DNA of 64,000 bases, taken from positions 11,724,908 through 11,788,907 of the forward strand of contig JAHRHZ010000223.1 of the NCBI GenBank assembly GCA_024137785.1. The letters are read 5' to 3'. The stretch comes from Ginglymostoma cirratum. Lineage: Eukaryota. Position 1 is the first letter of the stretch. Each line of letters begins with the position of its first letter. This document shows, piece by piece, positions 1 to 12,440 of this stretch. Under the pieces are notes generated by a model, which saw nothing but the letters and a program-made list of their open reading frames with translations, searched no databases and was not told the origin of the DNA. Position numbers and translations under genes: made by a program.

Positions 1-659
1 TTTGAAGCTGCTAAGATTATATTCAGGAGCTGAAATTTGAGATGATGTACAGACTGAGAGAATCAAATGGTTCTGCCTTGAGGAATCCTCAGACAAGAGC
101 TGGAACCAGAGAGAAAGAGAGAGACAAGAGAATTGTAATAAACCAGCCCGTCTCCTTGTCGTTCACTTACACACTTGCATGCTCACAGGGGAAAAGAATT
201 GTGGGCTTCAGGTTGTCTCTGGGGTTTGTACCACAAGGGGATGAGCTCTGGGCTGGGGGTGTCAGGGAGACAAAGGGGCAAAAAGGGGGCTGCTGCTAAG
301 TCTGATGTCACAGATTTCACTGCCTCCCTCACTCTTTGCCTTCATATTCCCATCTGCCTGTCCTTCCCACAGTTTTCTATAAATCCTTGCCCCCCAAAAT
401 CCTTCACATCTACCCCCGTTCACTCTCCCCCACCCCCTCATATTCCTCCCTCCTACTGTCTCGCCCTCTCCCCGAGTTTATCAAGAATTGTTTCATTGTT
501 CAGTTTTCTGATTTCCAAGTTTGCCCACTCACATATCCACAACACTTCTCCCTCTGGGGGGGTGGCCGGGGCGCCGGGGCTCCTCGCCCGCCCCATTTGG
601 CCCCCCTCTCCCCCCCTCTCTCTCCCTCTCCTGAGTGATCTTGCTTTTCCTGCCTGACG

Positions 660-1025
660 GTCACTCTGTCTACATTCCCCCATCTCCATCACTCGTTCTG
701 GATGGTATTTCTGTGTCTGCTCTTCTCTCCCTCTATTTTTTTTCTCTGTCCCTTCTGTCTCTCCCACTCTCTATATCTGTCCTTTCCATAGGACTTCTAT
801 CTTTCTCCTATCTCTCTCCCCACTCCTTCCCCCTCCCTCTCTCTCTCTCTCCCCTCTTTTCTTGTTCTCAATGGGATTTCTGCCTCTCTTCCTGACTGTT
901 ACTCTTTCTCTCTTTCTGTATCTTCCTCTGTCCGTACTCCCCTCCTCCATCCATCCATCCATCCTCCATTTTCCACTTGGATTCTTTCTCTCCATCTCCC
1001 TCTCTGCCCTTCACTGTCTCTTCAT
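660..1025. repeat. Pyrimidine-rich (CT) low-complexity tract
   Basis: Near-continuous C/T runs such as ctctctctct and tccatccatcc. Confidence 0.85.
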
Positions 1026-1384
1026 GGGTAATGCCAGGGGCTCTTCCTGGTCCTTGACCCACCTGCATTTTACCCCATCGTGCTTTGTCTAAACTGAAAG
1101 GTTGGTACATCAAACATCTTTCTCAGTGAGGGGGGGAGGTGGTCTACCTGGGAACTGGGATCTTGCTGTGCAGTGACGCAGTCAGTGAACAGGCCAGAGA
1201 GTCTCTGGCCATATTCCCTGGGGCCTTCAGCCCCTGGGGTGAGGTCAGGGATCCAGTGAGGGTGAGGGGTGTTTGGGTATTGTTCATGGAGAGAGATACA
1301 TTGGGGTATCTATATACAGAGGAGGGATCACGGAGGAATGAATAAAGAAGGTGAAGCTACACAGGCAGCTATCAGAAACTGTGA

Positions 1385-1915
1385 GACTGAAAATTTTCGT
1401 TGGAGTAAAAGTCACGGGGGAAATATTTAAACAGGTGCCAAAATTTGTTGGGGGCAATAATTGCGATGACGTAAAGTGGGGAGGTTGCAAAATTGGGATG
1501 GAGAGCAAACTTTTGGGGAACTGAAATTGGGAAATGCAATAACTGAGGGGGCAATATTTGGTGGGTAGGACAGCAAAATATTTGTGCCAGCGGAGTGCCA
1601 TATCTGGCAGGGCAGTATTGTTTTCAGCAGCACAAGATTTTGGGATGGGGATACAATACTGTAAGGGTGGGACAAAATTGGGGACATGCCTCTGGGAGGT
1701 AAAGAGAGGGACAAAACTGGGCAGCAGTAAAACTTGTTGGTGGATATATCGGAGGCAGAAAATAGAGGAAGAAGAGAATGTGAAATGAGAGGGATATACG
1801 GAGTCTCAAATTGTATGACAAAATTCTAGGGTCAAATTTGCAGGGACAGTCATATTTGTGGGGAGTGGGGTAGTTGGAATTTGGCAATTTTGAATGGAAA
1901 CAAAATTTTGGGAGT
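1385..1915. repeat. Degenerate minisatellite with a recurring (C)AAAATT(TT)GGG core
   Basis: Recurring variants: caaaatttgttggggg, caaaattgggatg, caaacttttgggg, caagattttgggatg, acaaaattgggg, acaaaattttggg. Confidence 0.55.
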
Positions 1916-2460
1916 GAGGCAGGAAAGAAAGAGGCAGTGCGACAAGATACCAGGAGATGAAATAGAGAAAAATGGAGGGAAAGGAGAGGGAGAAAAAGAT
2001 GGAAGGAAGGGAGAGCGAGAAAGATGAAGGGAAAGGATAGAGAAAAAGGAGGGAAAAGACAGAGGGGTAGGGGAAAAAGTGTGGTTGCTAGTGAGAGAGA
2101 GAGAGAATGAAACAAAATGATACAGAAGTTGACTGAGTGAGAGACAGAGACGCAGGTGAGAGAAAGAGACAAAGCGTGAGACAGACCAAAAGGGAGACAG
2201 GTGGAGAGACTTTGAGAGAAAGAGACAGAGACATAAAGGGAGAAGAGAGAGAGAGAATGAAACAAAGAGAGACAAGAGTTGAATGTGAGAGACAGAGAAA
2301 GAAAGAATGAGAAAGAGACAAAGAGAGTGACAGGGAGACAGAGAAAGAGAAAACAAAGAGAGACAAAAGGGGAGACTTAGAGAGAAAGACAGGGACACAA
2401 AGCGCGAAAACAGAGAGAAAGAGAGACAAGAAGAGGAGAAGTCAGTGAGAGACAGCCAGG
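1915..2460. repeat. Purine-rich (GA) low-complexity tract
   Basis: Near-continuous gaga/gaaa/gaca runs. Confidence 0.85.
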
Positions 2461-3381
2461 AGCTCAGGAAAGATACAGAGTCTGAAGAGCCAATACTCAC
2501 CAGGGCTGCTTCAGGAAGTGGGTGGTACTGGTCCAAAACTGGCATTGAGATTCCAGCTGTACCCACACTGTCTCTCACACAGACACAGACAGCCAGTATA
2601 ACTCTGACACTCACCTCCTGGCTTCATCCACATGAAGAAAGGAAGTATGGCTGCCAAGACCTGTTTTATAAACCCCAAGTTCTGTCATTCACCCCGTCTC
2701 TCCTCCCAAATCCCAGCTACCCAATCAGTTCCCGGCTGTCTCTACCTGGAACACACATCCTCCAGATATGGAGCAAACCAAGAAGCTTCTTTGTGAGGTT
2801 AGAGGTGATGGGGGGTAGTTGTGTGGGAGGGGGAGGGGGAGAGAAAGCAGCAACCGAAAAGTTCAGTCCAATGTCTCTTGATTGTTCCTCCCTTGCCCCC
2901 GCCTCCACACACACACTCACACAAACTCTCTCTCTCTCACACACGCACACACAAATTGGCCCCAGACCTAAAACCCACACAGAGACAAAGCTGCAGCTTC
3001 AAAACGGGTATAAAACACTTTTATCCAGACAAGGGAACAGAAGCTTCTGCAGCCAGGAACACAAATTTATCCCACAGGTGAGCACAGTATTTTCATACAG
3101 ACTAACACAAGGTGTTCTTGGGACTGTAGTTAACCAGTAAAGACAGGGAGTTTACTTTTAATTAGTTTCTGAGAATGAACATCAATCCATTTCACAGATG
3201 AACATCAGGGGGTTACATGGATCTGTTGTACAAGTGGAAATTTGTTCATCGTACAAATAATCATGAGTTTATTAAACACATTCACCTCTTTCCTGACAAT
3301 AGAGCAAGGGACATCAAAGTAGTGTCCCACATTCCCATTGATATTTCATCAGTAAAATCTGGGAATTATCTGATTGACACA

Positions 3382-4657
3382 AATAGCATGGATTTGTGAG
3401 GGGTAGATCATGCCTTACAAGCCTTTTTGAATTCTTGGAAGAGGTGACCGAAAACATGGATGATGGTCGAGCAGTGGATGTGGTATACATGGATTTAAGT
3501 AAGGCATTTGATAACGTTCCCCATGGTGGGCTCATGCAGAAAGCAAGGAAGCATGGGATAGAGGGAAATGTGGCAGATTGGATTCAGAATTGGCTGACCC
3601 TGAGAAGACAAAGGGTGGAAGTGGATGGAAAATATTCAACATGGTGCTCAGTTATGAGTGGTGTACCACAAGGATCTGTCCTGGGTCCTCCTCCTATTTC
3701 TGATTGTTGTAAATGATTTGGATGTAGGAGTGGAAGGGTGGATTAGTAAGTTCGCGGATGATACGAAGGTGGGCCGAGTTGTGGCTAGTGCGAGGGGCTG
3801 TTCTAGGTTACAAAGGGACATTGACAGGATCCAGGATGGGACTGAGAAGTGGCAGATGGAGTTTAACCCTGAAAAGTGTGAGGTGATTCATTCTGGAAGG
3901 ACAAACTTGAAAGCAAAATACAGGGTTAACGGAAAGATTCTTGGCAGTGTAGAGGAGCAGACGGATCTCGGGATTTATGTCCACAGTTTCCTGAAAGCTG
4001 CCACCCAGGTGGATAGAGTTGTTAAGAAGGCATATGGTATGTTAGCTTTCATTAATAGAGGGATTGAGTTCAAGACCCGTGAAGTTATGCTCCAGCTATA
4101 CAAAACCCTGGTTCGGCCACATCTGGAGTATTGTGTCCAGTTCTGGTTGCATCATTTCAGGAAAGATGTGGAAGCTTTGGAAAAGGTGCAGAGATGATCT
4201 ACCAGGATGTTGCCTGGAATGGAGGGAAGGCCATACGAGGAAAGGTTGAGAGAGCAAGGGCTTATCTCTTTAGAACGACAAAGGATGAGATGTGACTTGA
4301 TAGAGGTGTACAAAATGATCAGAGGTATATATAAAGTGGACAGCCAGAGACATTTTCCTAGGGTGGAGGTAGCTATTACAAGGGGGCATAGTTTTAAAGT
4401 GAGTGGAGGTAGATATAGGGGAGACGTCAGAGGTAGGTTCTTTACTCAGAGAGTGGTGGGGCGTGGAATGCATCGCGAGACAAGGTAGTGAAGTCGGCCT
4501 CATCAGGGGCATTTAAGCGGCTATTGGAAAGGCATATGGATGATAGTATAAGGTAAGGGTGGAGGTTAGATAGACCTTAGGTTTAGGGTAAAAGTGCGGC
4601 ACAACATTGTGGGCAGAAGGGCGTGTACTGTGCTGTACAGTTCTATGTTCTATGTTC
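3382..4657 (+). mobile_element. 5'-truncated CR1-clade LINE (RT C-half plus 3' UTR), frameshifted
   Basis: ORF fragments with GRSCLTSL, VDVVYMDLSKAFD, SGVPQGSVLGP, KFADDTK, LVRPHLEYCVQFW. Ends in a (TTCTATG)n tail. Candidate TSD TTGACACA at 3374-3381 and 4658-4665. Confidence 0.93.
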
Positions 4658-5687
4658 TTGACACACCGTTGTCAGACATATTAATCAATTACACCAAGTA
4701 ACTGCGCATAAGTACATCAAAAGGCTTTTTTTCATGCAAACCTTTTTTTGTTGAAGCTTTGTTCTAAAATGTTGCCAATTGTGCTGGGTCATCAAAGATT
4801 TTATGCTGGGCAATATGCAAATAAGTAGAAATCTGGAAAATAATTCAATTTTGAAAACTGGCATGTCTTTGAGAATAATTTGCACCTGGTTTGCTGAGTG
4901 CACCAAAGTAAAAACTTTTGGCACATTTGCCATTATCAGCATCTCATATTACTAAATGTTACTTGTAAAGTGTATCGATTTCATTTTGACTTCTTTTTGT
5001 TTCCTTATTGCCCTTTTCAGTGAAAACTGGTACAACTTTCCAGCAACAGAAAACTCATTGTATCCAACAGCATGACACGTTAAAACCAAAACAATTATAC
5101 GTGGAAAGCACTGATGAAGGCACATATACTATCCATTGGTTTAGCTCACTTTATTGACTTGCGATGCAGAGTGACGCAAATAGCTCAATTTCTGCACTGG
5201 CTGAAGTGACCATGAAGGATTCTTCTTCACAACCTTTCACCTTGCCTGAGGTTTAGTGCCTCTCAGGTTAGACCATCACTGGTTGTCGCTCTCTAATGAG
5301 AGAGCGGTCCTATGGTCTCGTAAAACAATGACAACTTTACCTGATCAAAATGTACCCTGGCATCCTTTGCTTTTGAAGTAATTATGAATTTAACAGAAAA
5401 GTAATCAATGTAAATTAGACCTGACAAAAATAAATGCATTATTATCACATTATTTCATTCAATAATGGGCATAACTTCTGTAATACGATGTTTAATCATT
5501 TTTAAAATCAATTTAAAAATTTGACTTAAAGGTACCTAACAAATATGTAATATAAGTTAATGACAGTCTGAATTAAAATTCCAGTCATCTCACTAACAGA
5601 AGCAAGCTCGAAATCCATAAAGTAACATTATGGTCATCCTAAGGCTTAGACATCTCAAATTTACAAAAACAACCTGGAAGTCAAATG

Positions 5688-6962
5688 AGAGATAATAGAT
5701 ACTGCAGATGCTGGAGAATCCGAGATAACAAGGTGTGGACCTGGATGAACACAGCAGGCCAAGCAGCATCAGAGGAGCAGGAAAGCTTGACGTTTCGGGC
5801 CTAGACCCTTCCTCAGAAGTGGGGGAGGGGAAGAGGGTTCTGAAATAAATAGGGAGAGAGGGGGAGGCGGATAGAAGATGGATGGAGGAGAGGATAGGTG
5901 GAGAGGAGACAGACAAGTCAAAGAGGGGGGGACGGAGCCCGTAAAGGTGAGTGTAGGTGGGGAGGTAGGGAGGAGATAGGTCAGTCCAGGGAGGACGGAC
6001 AGGTCAAGAGGTGAGGTTAGTAGATAGGAGATAGGGGTGGGGCTTGAGGTGGGAGGAGGGGATAGGTGAGAGGAAGAACAGGTTAGGGAGGCAGGGACGA
6101 GCTGGGCTGGTTTTGGGATGTGGTTGGGGGAGGGGAGATTTTGAAGGTTGCGAAATCCACATTGATACCATTGAGCTGCAAGGTTCCCAGGCTGAATATG
6201 ATTTGCTGTTCCTGCAGCCTTCGGGTGGCATCACTGTGGCATTGCCGGAGGCCCAGGATGGACATGTCGTCCGAGGAATGGGAGGGGGAGTTGAAATGGT
6301 TCGCAACTGGGAGGTGCAGTTGTTTGTTGCGAACTGAGCGCAGGTGTTCTGCAAAGCGGTCCCCAAGCCTCCGCTTGGTTTCCCCAATGTAGAGGAGGCC
6401 ACAACAGGTACAGCGGATGCAGTATACCACATTGGCAGATGGGCAGGTGAACCTCTGCCTGATGTGGAAAGTCTTCTTGGGGCCTGGGATTGGGGTGAGG
6501 GAGGAGGTGTCGGGGCAGGTGTAACACTTCCTGCGGTTGCAGGGAAAAGTGCCGGGTGTGGTGGGGCTGGAGGGGAGTGTGGAGCGGACAAGAGAGTCAT
6601 GGAGAGAGTGATCCCTCCGGAAGGCAGACAAGGGTGTGGAGGGAAAAATATCTTTGGTGGTGGGGTCGGATTGCAGATGGCGGAAGTGTCGGAGGATGAT
6701 GCGTTGGATCCGGAGGTTGGTGGGGTGGTACGTGAGGACGAGGGGGATTCTTTTTTGGTTGTTATTGCGGGGACGGGGTGTGAGGGATGAGTTGCGGGAA
6801 ATGCGGGAGACACGGTCGAGGGCGTTCTTGACCACTGCGGGGGGGAAGTTGCGGTCCTTGAAGAATGAGGACATCTGAGATGTACGGGAGTGGAACGCCT
6901 CATCCTGGGAGCAGATGAGGCGGAGGCGAAGGAATTGGGAATAGGGAATGGCATCCTTGCAG
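5688..6962 (-). mobile_element. Penelope-like element, Neptune-type, 5'-truncated (GIY-YIG endonuclease plus 3' terminal region)
   Basis: ORF 6083-6874 has the Cys linker CNRRKCYTC and GIY-YIG motifs VVYCIRC...LYIGETKRRLGDRFAEH...GTLQLNGIN. 12-bp direct repeat GGAAGTCAAATG at 5676-5687 and 6963-6974. Confidence 0.92.
5786..5819 (-). ncRNA. Minimal type I hammerhead ribozyme motif in the Penelope terminal repeat
   Basis: Minus strand reads cuu-CUGAGGA-a-GGGU-cuag-GCCC-GAAA-C-GUC-aag: conserved core boxes, stem II, palindromic ACGU stem III, GUC cleavage triplet. Confidence 0.75.
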
Positions 6963-7234
6963 GGAAGTCAAATGGTCCCTTCACTCATTTGCTGCAGTGC
7001 TGTGTTGAGTGGAATACTGTAGTTCTGTCTTCAAAGAAATTAGGTCTTAGATAAGGGTCATGATTGTGTAGGGATGTATTTTTTTAAAATCCTGCATTGT
7101 ACAATCTAAAAAATCAGCATTTGATTTTGCCGCTGGACATAAATTTATACCAACATATATTGAAAGAGGGGAAGGTGATTATGTAGCAGTAATTTCACTG
7201 AACTGGAAATCCTGAACCTCAAGTTAATATTACA

Positions 7235-7325
7235 GCTCTTGTGGCACAGTGGTAGTGTTGCTATCACTTGGCTAAGGGCCTGGGTTCAATACGCACCTAC
7301 GCCAGATATGTGCCATGACCTATGG
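7235..7325 (+). mobile_element. Short tRNA-derived SINE head
   Basis: A-box-like tggcacagtggta and B-box-like gggttcaatac. Same family as the tandem copies at 44.7-45.3 kb. Confidence 0.55.
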
Positions 7326-7339
7326 TGAGAGTAACCTTC

Positions 7340-8450
7340 CTTAAATCAAGGCTGTGTTCAACCAAGTGTGCCATCAAGGAGCCCTCGTAAGACTGGAAGC
7401 AATGGGTATCACGAAGCAAACTGGTTGGAGTTATATCTGGCTCATAGGAAGGCAGTTGTGGTTTTTGGAGATCAATCATCTCAGCTCCAGGGCATCTCTG
7501 CAGGAGTTGCTCAGGGTAGTGTCCGAGGCCCAGCTGCCTCATTATTGACCTTCCCTCCAACAGAAGGTTAGAAGTGGGGATGTTTGCATAGTGTTCAGCA
7601 CCATTCATGACTGCTCAGATACTAAAGCAATTGGTTTTCAAATGCAACAAGATCTAGACAATATCCACACTTGGAATGACAAATGGCACATAACATTCAC
7701 CCAACACAAATGCCAGGCAATGACCATCACCATAGGAGATGATCTAACCACTGCCCCCTGATGTTCAATGGTGTTACCATCGCTGAATCGCCCACGCTCA
7801 ACATCCTCGGAGTTACTATTAACTCGAAAGTAAACTGCACTCACCACATAAACAGAGTGGCTACAAGACCAGGTCAATGCTAGGAATACAGAGATGGGTA
7901 ACTCATTTCCTGACTCCCCAACGCCTGTACACCATCTACAAGGCACAAGTCAGGAATGTGAAGGAATATTCCCCACTTGCCTGAATGTGCGCAAATCCAG
8001 CAACACTCAAGAGGCATGATACCATCCAGGACAAAGTAGCCCACTTGATTAGCATCACATTCACAAACAGTCACTCCATCCACCACCTGATGGTCAGTAG
8101 CAGCAGTTGTGCTGTCTAAAAGATGCATTGCAGCAGTTTGCCAAAGATGCTTAGACTGCTCCTTCCAAACCCACGACCACTTCCATCTAGAAGGACAGTG
8201 CAGCAGAAACATGGGAACACCACCACCTGCAAATTCCCCTCCAACCATCCTGACTTGGAAATATATCGCATTCCTTCACCGCTGCTGCATTAAAATCCTG
8301 GAGTTCCCTCCTTAAGGGTACTGTCAGTCAACCTACAACACATAGACTGTAGTGGTTCAAGATGGCAGCTCACAACTGTATTCTCAAGGGCAACGAGAGA
8401 GGGGCAATAAATGCTGACCAACCAGTGATGCCCAGGTCCCATGACTGAAT
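7340..8450 (+). mobile_element. Decayed L2/CR1-group LINE 3' fragment
   Basis: RT-like remnants (GVAQGSVRGP; MQQDLDNIHTWNDKWHITF). Its 3' tail ggttcaagatggcagctcac...ctcaagggcaa...gggcaataaatgctg is shared with SINE tails in the window. Confidence 0.8.
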
Positions 8451-8689
8451 AGGAAAATATGTCAAGGGACAAGTTGATTAAAAATATCAGCCTTGAATTA
8501 ATATAGCTGGAATTTTCTGCAAAATTATCACATTTGTCCCATTGATATCAAAAGCCAACAGCCCAGTAGTGTCTCTTAACTGGAGGGAGAAGGTTGCTTG
8601 CTGTGGTAACTTGGACTTTAGATCAGCATCTGAACCTGTCTTCTAAGTCAGATTGTACCTTAAGTTGCAGGAATATAAATCATGGTTCA

Positions 8690-8815
8690 TTTGGGAACAT
8701 ATTTGCTTCTCAGTCATAAGGTTGTGTGTTCAAGTCACACTTCTGAATTTGCTGCCGAAAAATTGAAGTCTGGTACTCCAGTGCAGCACTGAGGGACTGT
8801 TACAGTGTAAAGTTA
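8690..8815 (+). mobile_element. DeuSINE-like SINE, 5' part (continues at ~12145-12440)
   Basis: ggttgtgtgttcaagtc...actccagtgcagcactgaggga matches the other DeuSINE-like copies at 17320 and 42330. Confidence 0.55.
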
Positions 8816-11800
8816 CAGTATATAAAGGAGCTATTAAGCTCGTCAAGTCTTCACTGGCTGAGTAAAATAACCACCCATTCTCATCTCACTTACAAGCACC
8901 CTGGTCTGTGGTTTATAGGTTACAGTGCTTCAAGTGCAGAACCAGATTCTTCTTAAGTGAGTTCAGGGTTTCCACGCCAACTAGCAAACTTAAATGCAAC
9001 TTCCAGAAATCCACCACCCTCTTAGTGAAAGCACTTTTTCTTCTGTGCCCTCTAATCCTTCTACCATTCATCTTAGTTTATTCCCCTGATAATTGACCTC
9101 TCTGCTCAGTGTAACAGGTCTTCCCTAGCCACGCTAGCCAAGTCTATCATTATTTTGTAGACCTCGGTTAATTCACTCCTCAGCCACCTCATTCTAAACA
9201 AAATAAACTTAGCCTGCTCAGTCTTTCCTCAAAGCTGCAATTTTCAAGCTGTGGCTATACACTTGTATACCTCCTCTGTTCTCTTTCTGGAACAACTATA
9301 TCCTTCCTGTAATGTGGTGACCAGAACTGTACATAAAACTGTAGCTGTGGCCTAACCAGTGTCTTATGTATTTCTAATATTACAGCCTTACTTTCATATT
9401 CAATACCTCATGCAGTAAAAGAAAACATCCCATATACCTTCTTTACCATTTAACTTACCCAACCAGTTGGCTTCAATGATCTCTGACATGCACTCAAAGG
9501 TCTCTCACTTCCTCTACCCCAACAATATCCTCAATTTATTGTGCATTCGCGTGCTTTGTTTGTCCTTCTGTAACTTCACACTTCTCTGGAGCGAGTTCTA
9601 TATAACACTTTACCACAAAGTCAACCAAACCATTGATATCATTCTGTAATCAACTGCCATCCTTTTCATTATCAATGACACAAACAATTTTTGCATCCTC
9701 TGCAAATTTCCCAATCATGCTTCCTGCAATTCTGTTGAAAACATTTATATCTACCACTAACAACAAGGGACCCAATGCTGAAGTCAGTGAAACATCACTG
9801 GAAACTGCTTTCCACTCACAAAGACATCTACTGATGTTACCCTTTGTTTCCTGTCTCTGAGCAAATTTTAGATTCAACTTGTTACACTCCTTACATTCCA
9901 TGGGCTTTAGGCTTTCTGACTAGTCTGTCATATGGTTTCTTATTATGTGCCTGACGAAAATCTATGTAGACAACATCCATTGCATTATGTTCATCGATCT
10001 ACCTTGTTACTTCCTCAAACAATTCAATCATGTTAATAAAAATAACGTTCTCTTAACAAAACCATGCTAAATATCCCTGATGAATCTATGCCTTTCCAAG
10101 TAACAGTTAATCCCAACTCTCAATATCTGCTCTAGCAATTTTCCCACCACTACCAAGCAAAGTCAAACTTACTGATCTACAATTATTTGGTTTATCCCTC
10201 ATATACCTTTTGAATAATGGTACAATTTTTGCAGACCCTCAATTCTCTAGTTCATGGCCGACATCTAGAGAGAATTGGAAAACGATCCTCTGAGTGTCCA
10301 TTCTTCTCTCCCTGTCTTTGACAATCTTGGATACTGTTCGACCAGCCTTATACTTCCCTTGCCATTTTGCTTATTTTGTCTAATATTTCACACTCTTCTT
10401 TAACTAAAATGTCTGCTTCATCCCTCTCCTTTTTGAAGACAGCAATGAAGTACTCATTAAGAAGCTTGCCGGTATCTACCGCATCCATGGAAAAGTTCTC
10501 ATGTACATTTCAGATAGGCTGAAACCTTTGCTTATTCATCCTTTAACTCTTAATGTAATTATAAAACATTTTAGAATTTCCTTAATTTCATCAATCAATT
10601 TTTTTTTTGCATCGCCTCTTTGCTTTCCCAATTTATTTTTTCCACTTCACCCAGGCCTTTCTATACTCATCTAGGCTTTGTAATTTTTCACTTTTTAGGG
10701 ATTATCACAAACTACATTTTTCCACTTTTTCCCCACATTGTATGTTTCTGGATAACCAGGGGACTCTAGATTTAGCAATAGCACCTTTTTGCTTTGTGGA
10801 ACATGTTTATATTGTCATAAAATCATAGAATCCCTACAGTGCGGATGCAAGCCATTCAGACCATCAAGTCCACACCGACCCACTGAAGAGCGTCCATCCA
10901 CAAACTCTCCCGCTACCCCCACCATCCCCGCAACCCTGCATTTGCCATGGCTAACCCACTTTACCAACACATCCTTGGACACAATATGGAAATTTAACAT
11001 TGCCAATCCACCTAACCTGGCAATAAAATCAGATGTTGCTGGAAAAGCTCAGTAGGTCTGGCAGCATCTGTGAAGACAAACCAGGGTTAATGTTTTGGGT
11101 CTAGTGACCGTTCCTCTTTGGACTGTGTGAGGAAACCAGAGCACCCAAGGGAAACCCATACAGACACAGGGAGAACATGCAAACTCTGTACAAACAGTTG
11201 CTCAAACATGGAATTGAACCCAGATCCCTAGCACTGTGAGGCAACAATGCTAACCACTGAGCCACCGTGCCACCTTGCCCCTCAGACTCTTACCTCTAAA
11301 TCCCTCTCAGTAATTTGCCATCGGCTGTGCTTCAAATAGCTGCAACCAGTCCAAATCTGCCAAATCACCTGAGACTCGTAAGACCTGTCTTCGCCCTGAG
11401 ATGCAGAACTGTGACTCCAGCTGGCACTCGTGCGCCGAACTCCAGACTTCAAGTTTATGCAACGAGTTACATTTTCTGCAGCTGTGTTCATTTGGTTTCA
11501 TGGAATCTCTAAAGTGTGGAAACAAGCCGTTTAGCCCAACAAGTCCACACCGACTCTGTGAGGAGCATCATACCCAGACTCACCCCCCTACCCTATCCCT
11601 GTAACCCTGCATTTCCCACGGCCAATCCACATGACTCTGCACATACCATAGGATGTGCACTCCACTTGAAAGAACTGACCTGCCATACTATAAATTTAAA
11701 AGCTCTGCATTATGATTAAAAAGTAGAAACCTTACCAGCATTTATCTGAACTGAACAACAGGAGGCTGAAAACCCCAGAAAGGAAGAAAAGAACACTTCT

Positions 11801-12140
11801 CACCCCTACACCAAACTTTGTCAGACTTTCCAAAGTCCCACTTTAAACTCAGCACAACCAAAGCAACATTCAATGATAACAAGACAGCACTTATGGAGGC
11901 CTCTATTTATACTTCCTGAAATGACTGATTTCAAGTTTCAGAAAACTATTAAAACTAGACACCAATTAATCAGGTATAACTTCTCTTAGAGCTTGGAAAC
12001 TTTTGATTTAAAGCTGCAATAAAACTTAACTTCTCTTAACTTAAGTTTAAAGTTTACTTAATTGCCAAACTAAAGGAAAACTAGACTTTAGATGAAAAGA
12101 TTAACCCTTAGGAATCACAGACTCACCAGCACACAGAGCA
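8815..12140 (-). mobile_element. Old, heavily decayed CR1-clade LINE, interrupted by SINEs
   Basis: Minus-strand RT remnants (SALGPLLLVVDIN...IGKFAEDAK; ggtgaccagaactgtacata) and a CR1-like 3' region near 8.85-9.3 kb. Confidence 0.65.
10816..11274 (-). mobile_element. HE1/V-SINE-like tRNA-derived SINE with a short HHR-type element inserted at ~11020-11118
   Basis: Minus-strand head ggtggcacggtggctcagtggttagc; V-domain (gggtttcc...gggtgctctggtttcctc...cagtccaaag); CR1-like tail. Confidence 0.85.
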
Positions 12141-12144
12141 GACA

Positions 12145-12440
12145 AGATATTTAAGTTGAGATATTAAAAGGTCACATCTGTGTGCTCTGAGGAGTGTAAT
12201 GTATCCCACTGTGTTACTTCAAAGAAGAGCAAGGGAGTTATCCCTGATTTCCTTGACAGTGTTTATCCTTCAAGCAACGTAACAAAAAAGAAAGTGGTCT
12301 AGTCGTTATCTTGTATGGATTTGGTGTGTAGAACATTAGCTGCTGTGTTCCTTACATGACAACAGCAACTGTACTTTGTAAATGATTTCATTGGCTGTAA
12401 AACATTATGAGATGCCCAAGATAATAAAAAAGCACTGTTT
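12145..12440 (+). mobile_element. DeuSINE-like SINE, 3' part
   Basis: aagaagagcaagggagttatccctg...tttatcc...cattggctgtaaaac, typical of the Deu domain and tail. Confidence 0.6.

Larger units (their letters stand above)
171..2640 (-). other. Candidate spliced transcript (putative exons ~2640-2501, 1233-1148, 252-171, and <=99); lncRNA or small-peptide gene, unverified
   Basis: Minus-strand TATAAAA (2670-2664) with a CCAAT at 2721-2725. Donors CTG|GTGAGT (2500), CAG|GTAGAC (1147), TGT|GTAAGT (170). Acceptors CCCTGACCTCACCCCAG (1234), CCCTGACACCCCCAG (253) and a pyrimidine tract ending TTCCAG (100). No recognisable protein. Confidence 0.3.

Noticed and set aside
1624-3140. Long ORFs (213, 254 and 231 aa) in the first 3 kb
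   Set aside because: Products of stop-poor CT/GA low-complexity sequence; S/L/F-rich with no recognisable domain.
6004-6984. 326-aa Pro/Ser/Thr-rich ORF
   Set aside because: Alternative frame of the C-rich Penelope strand; the meaningful frame is 6083-6874.
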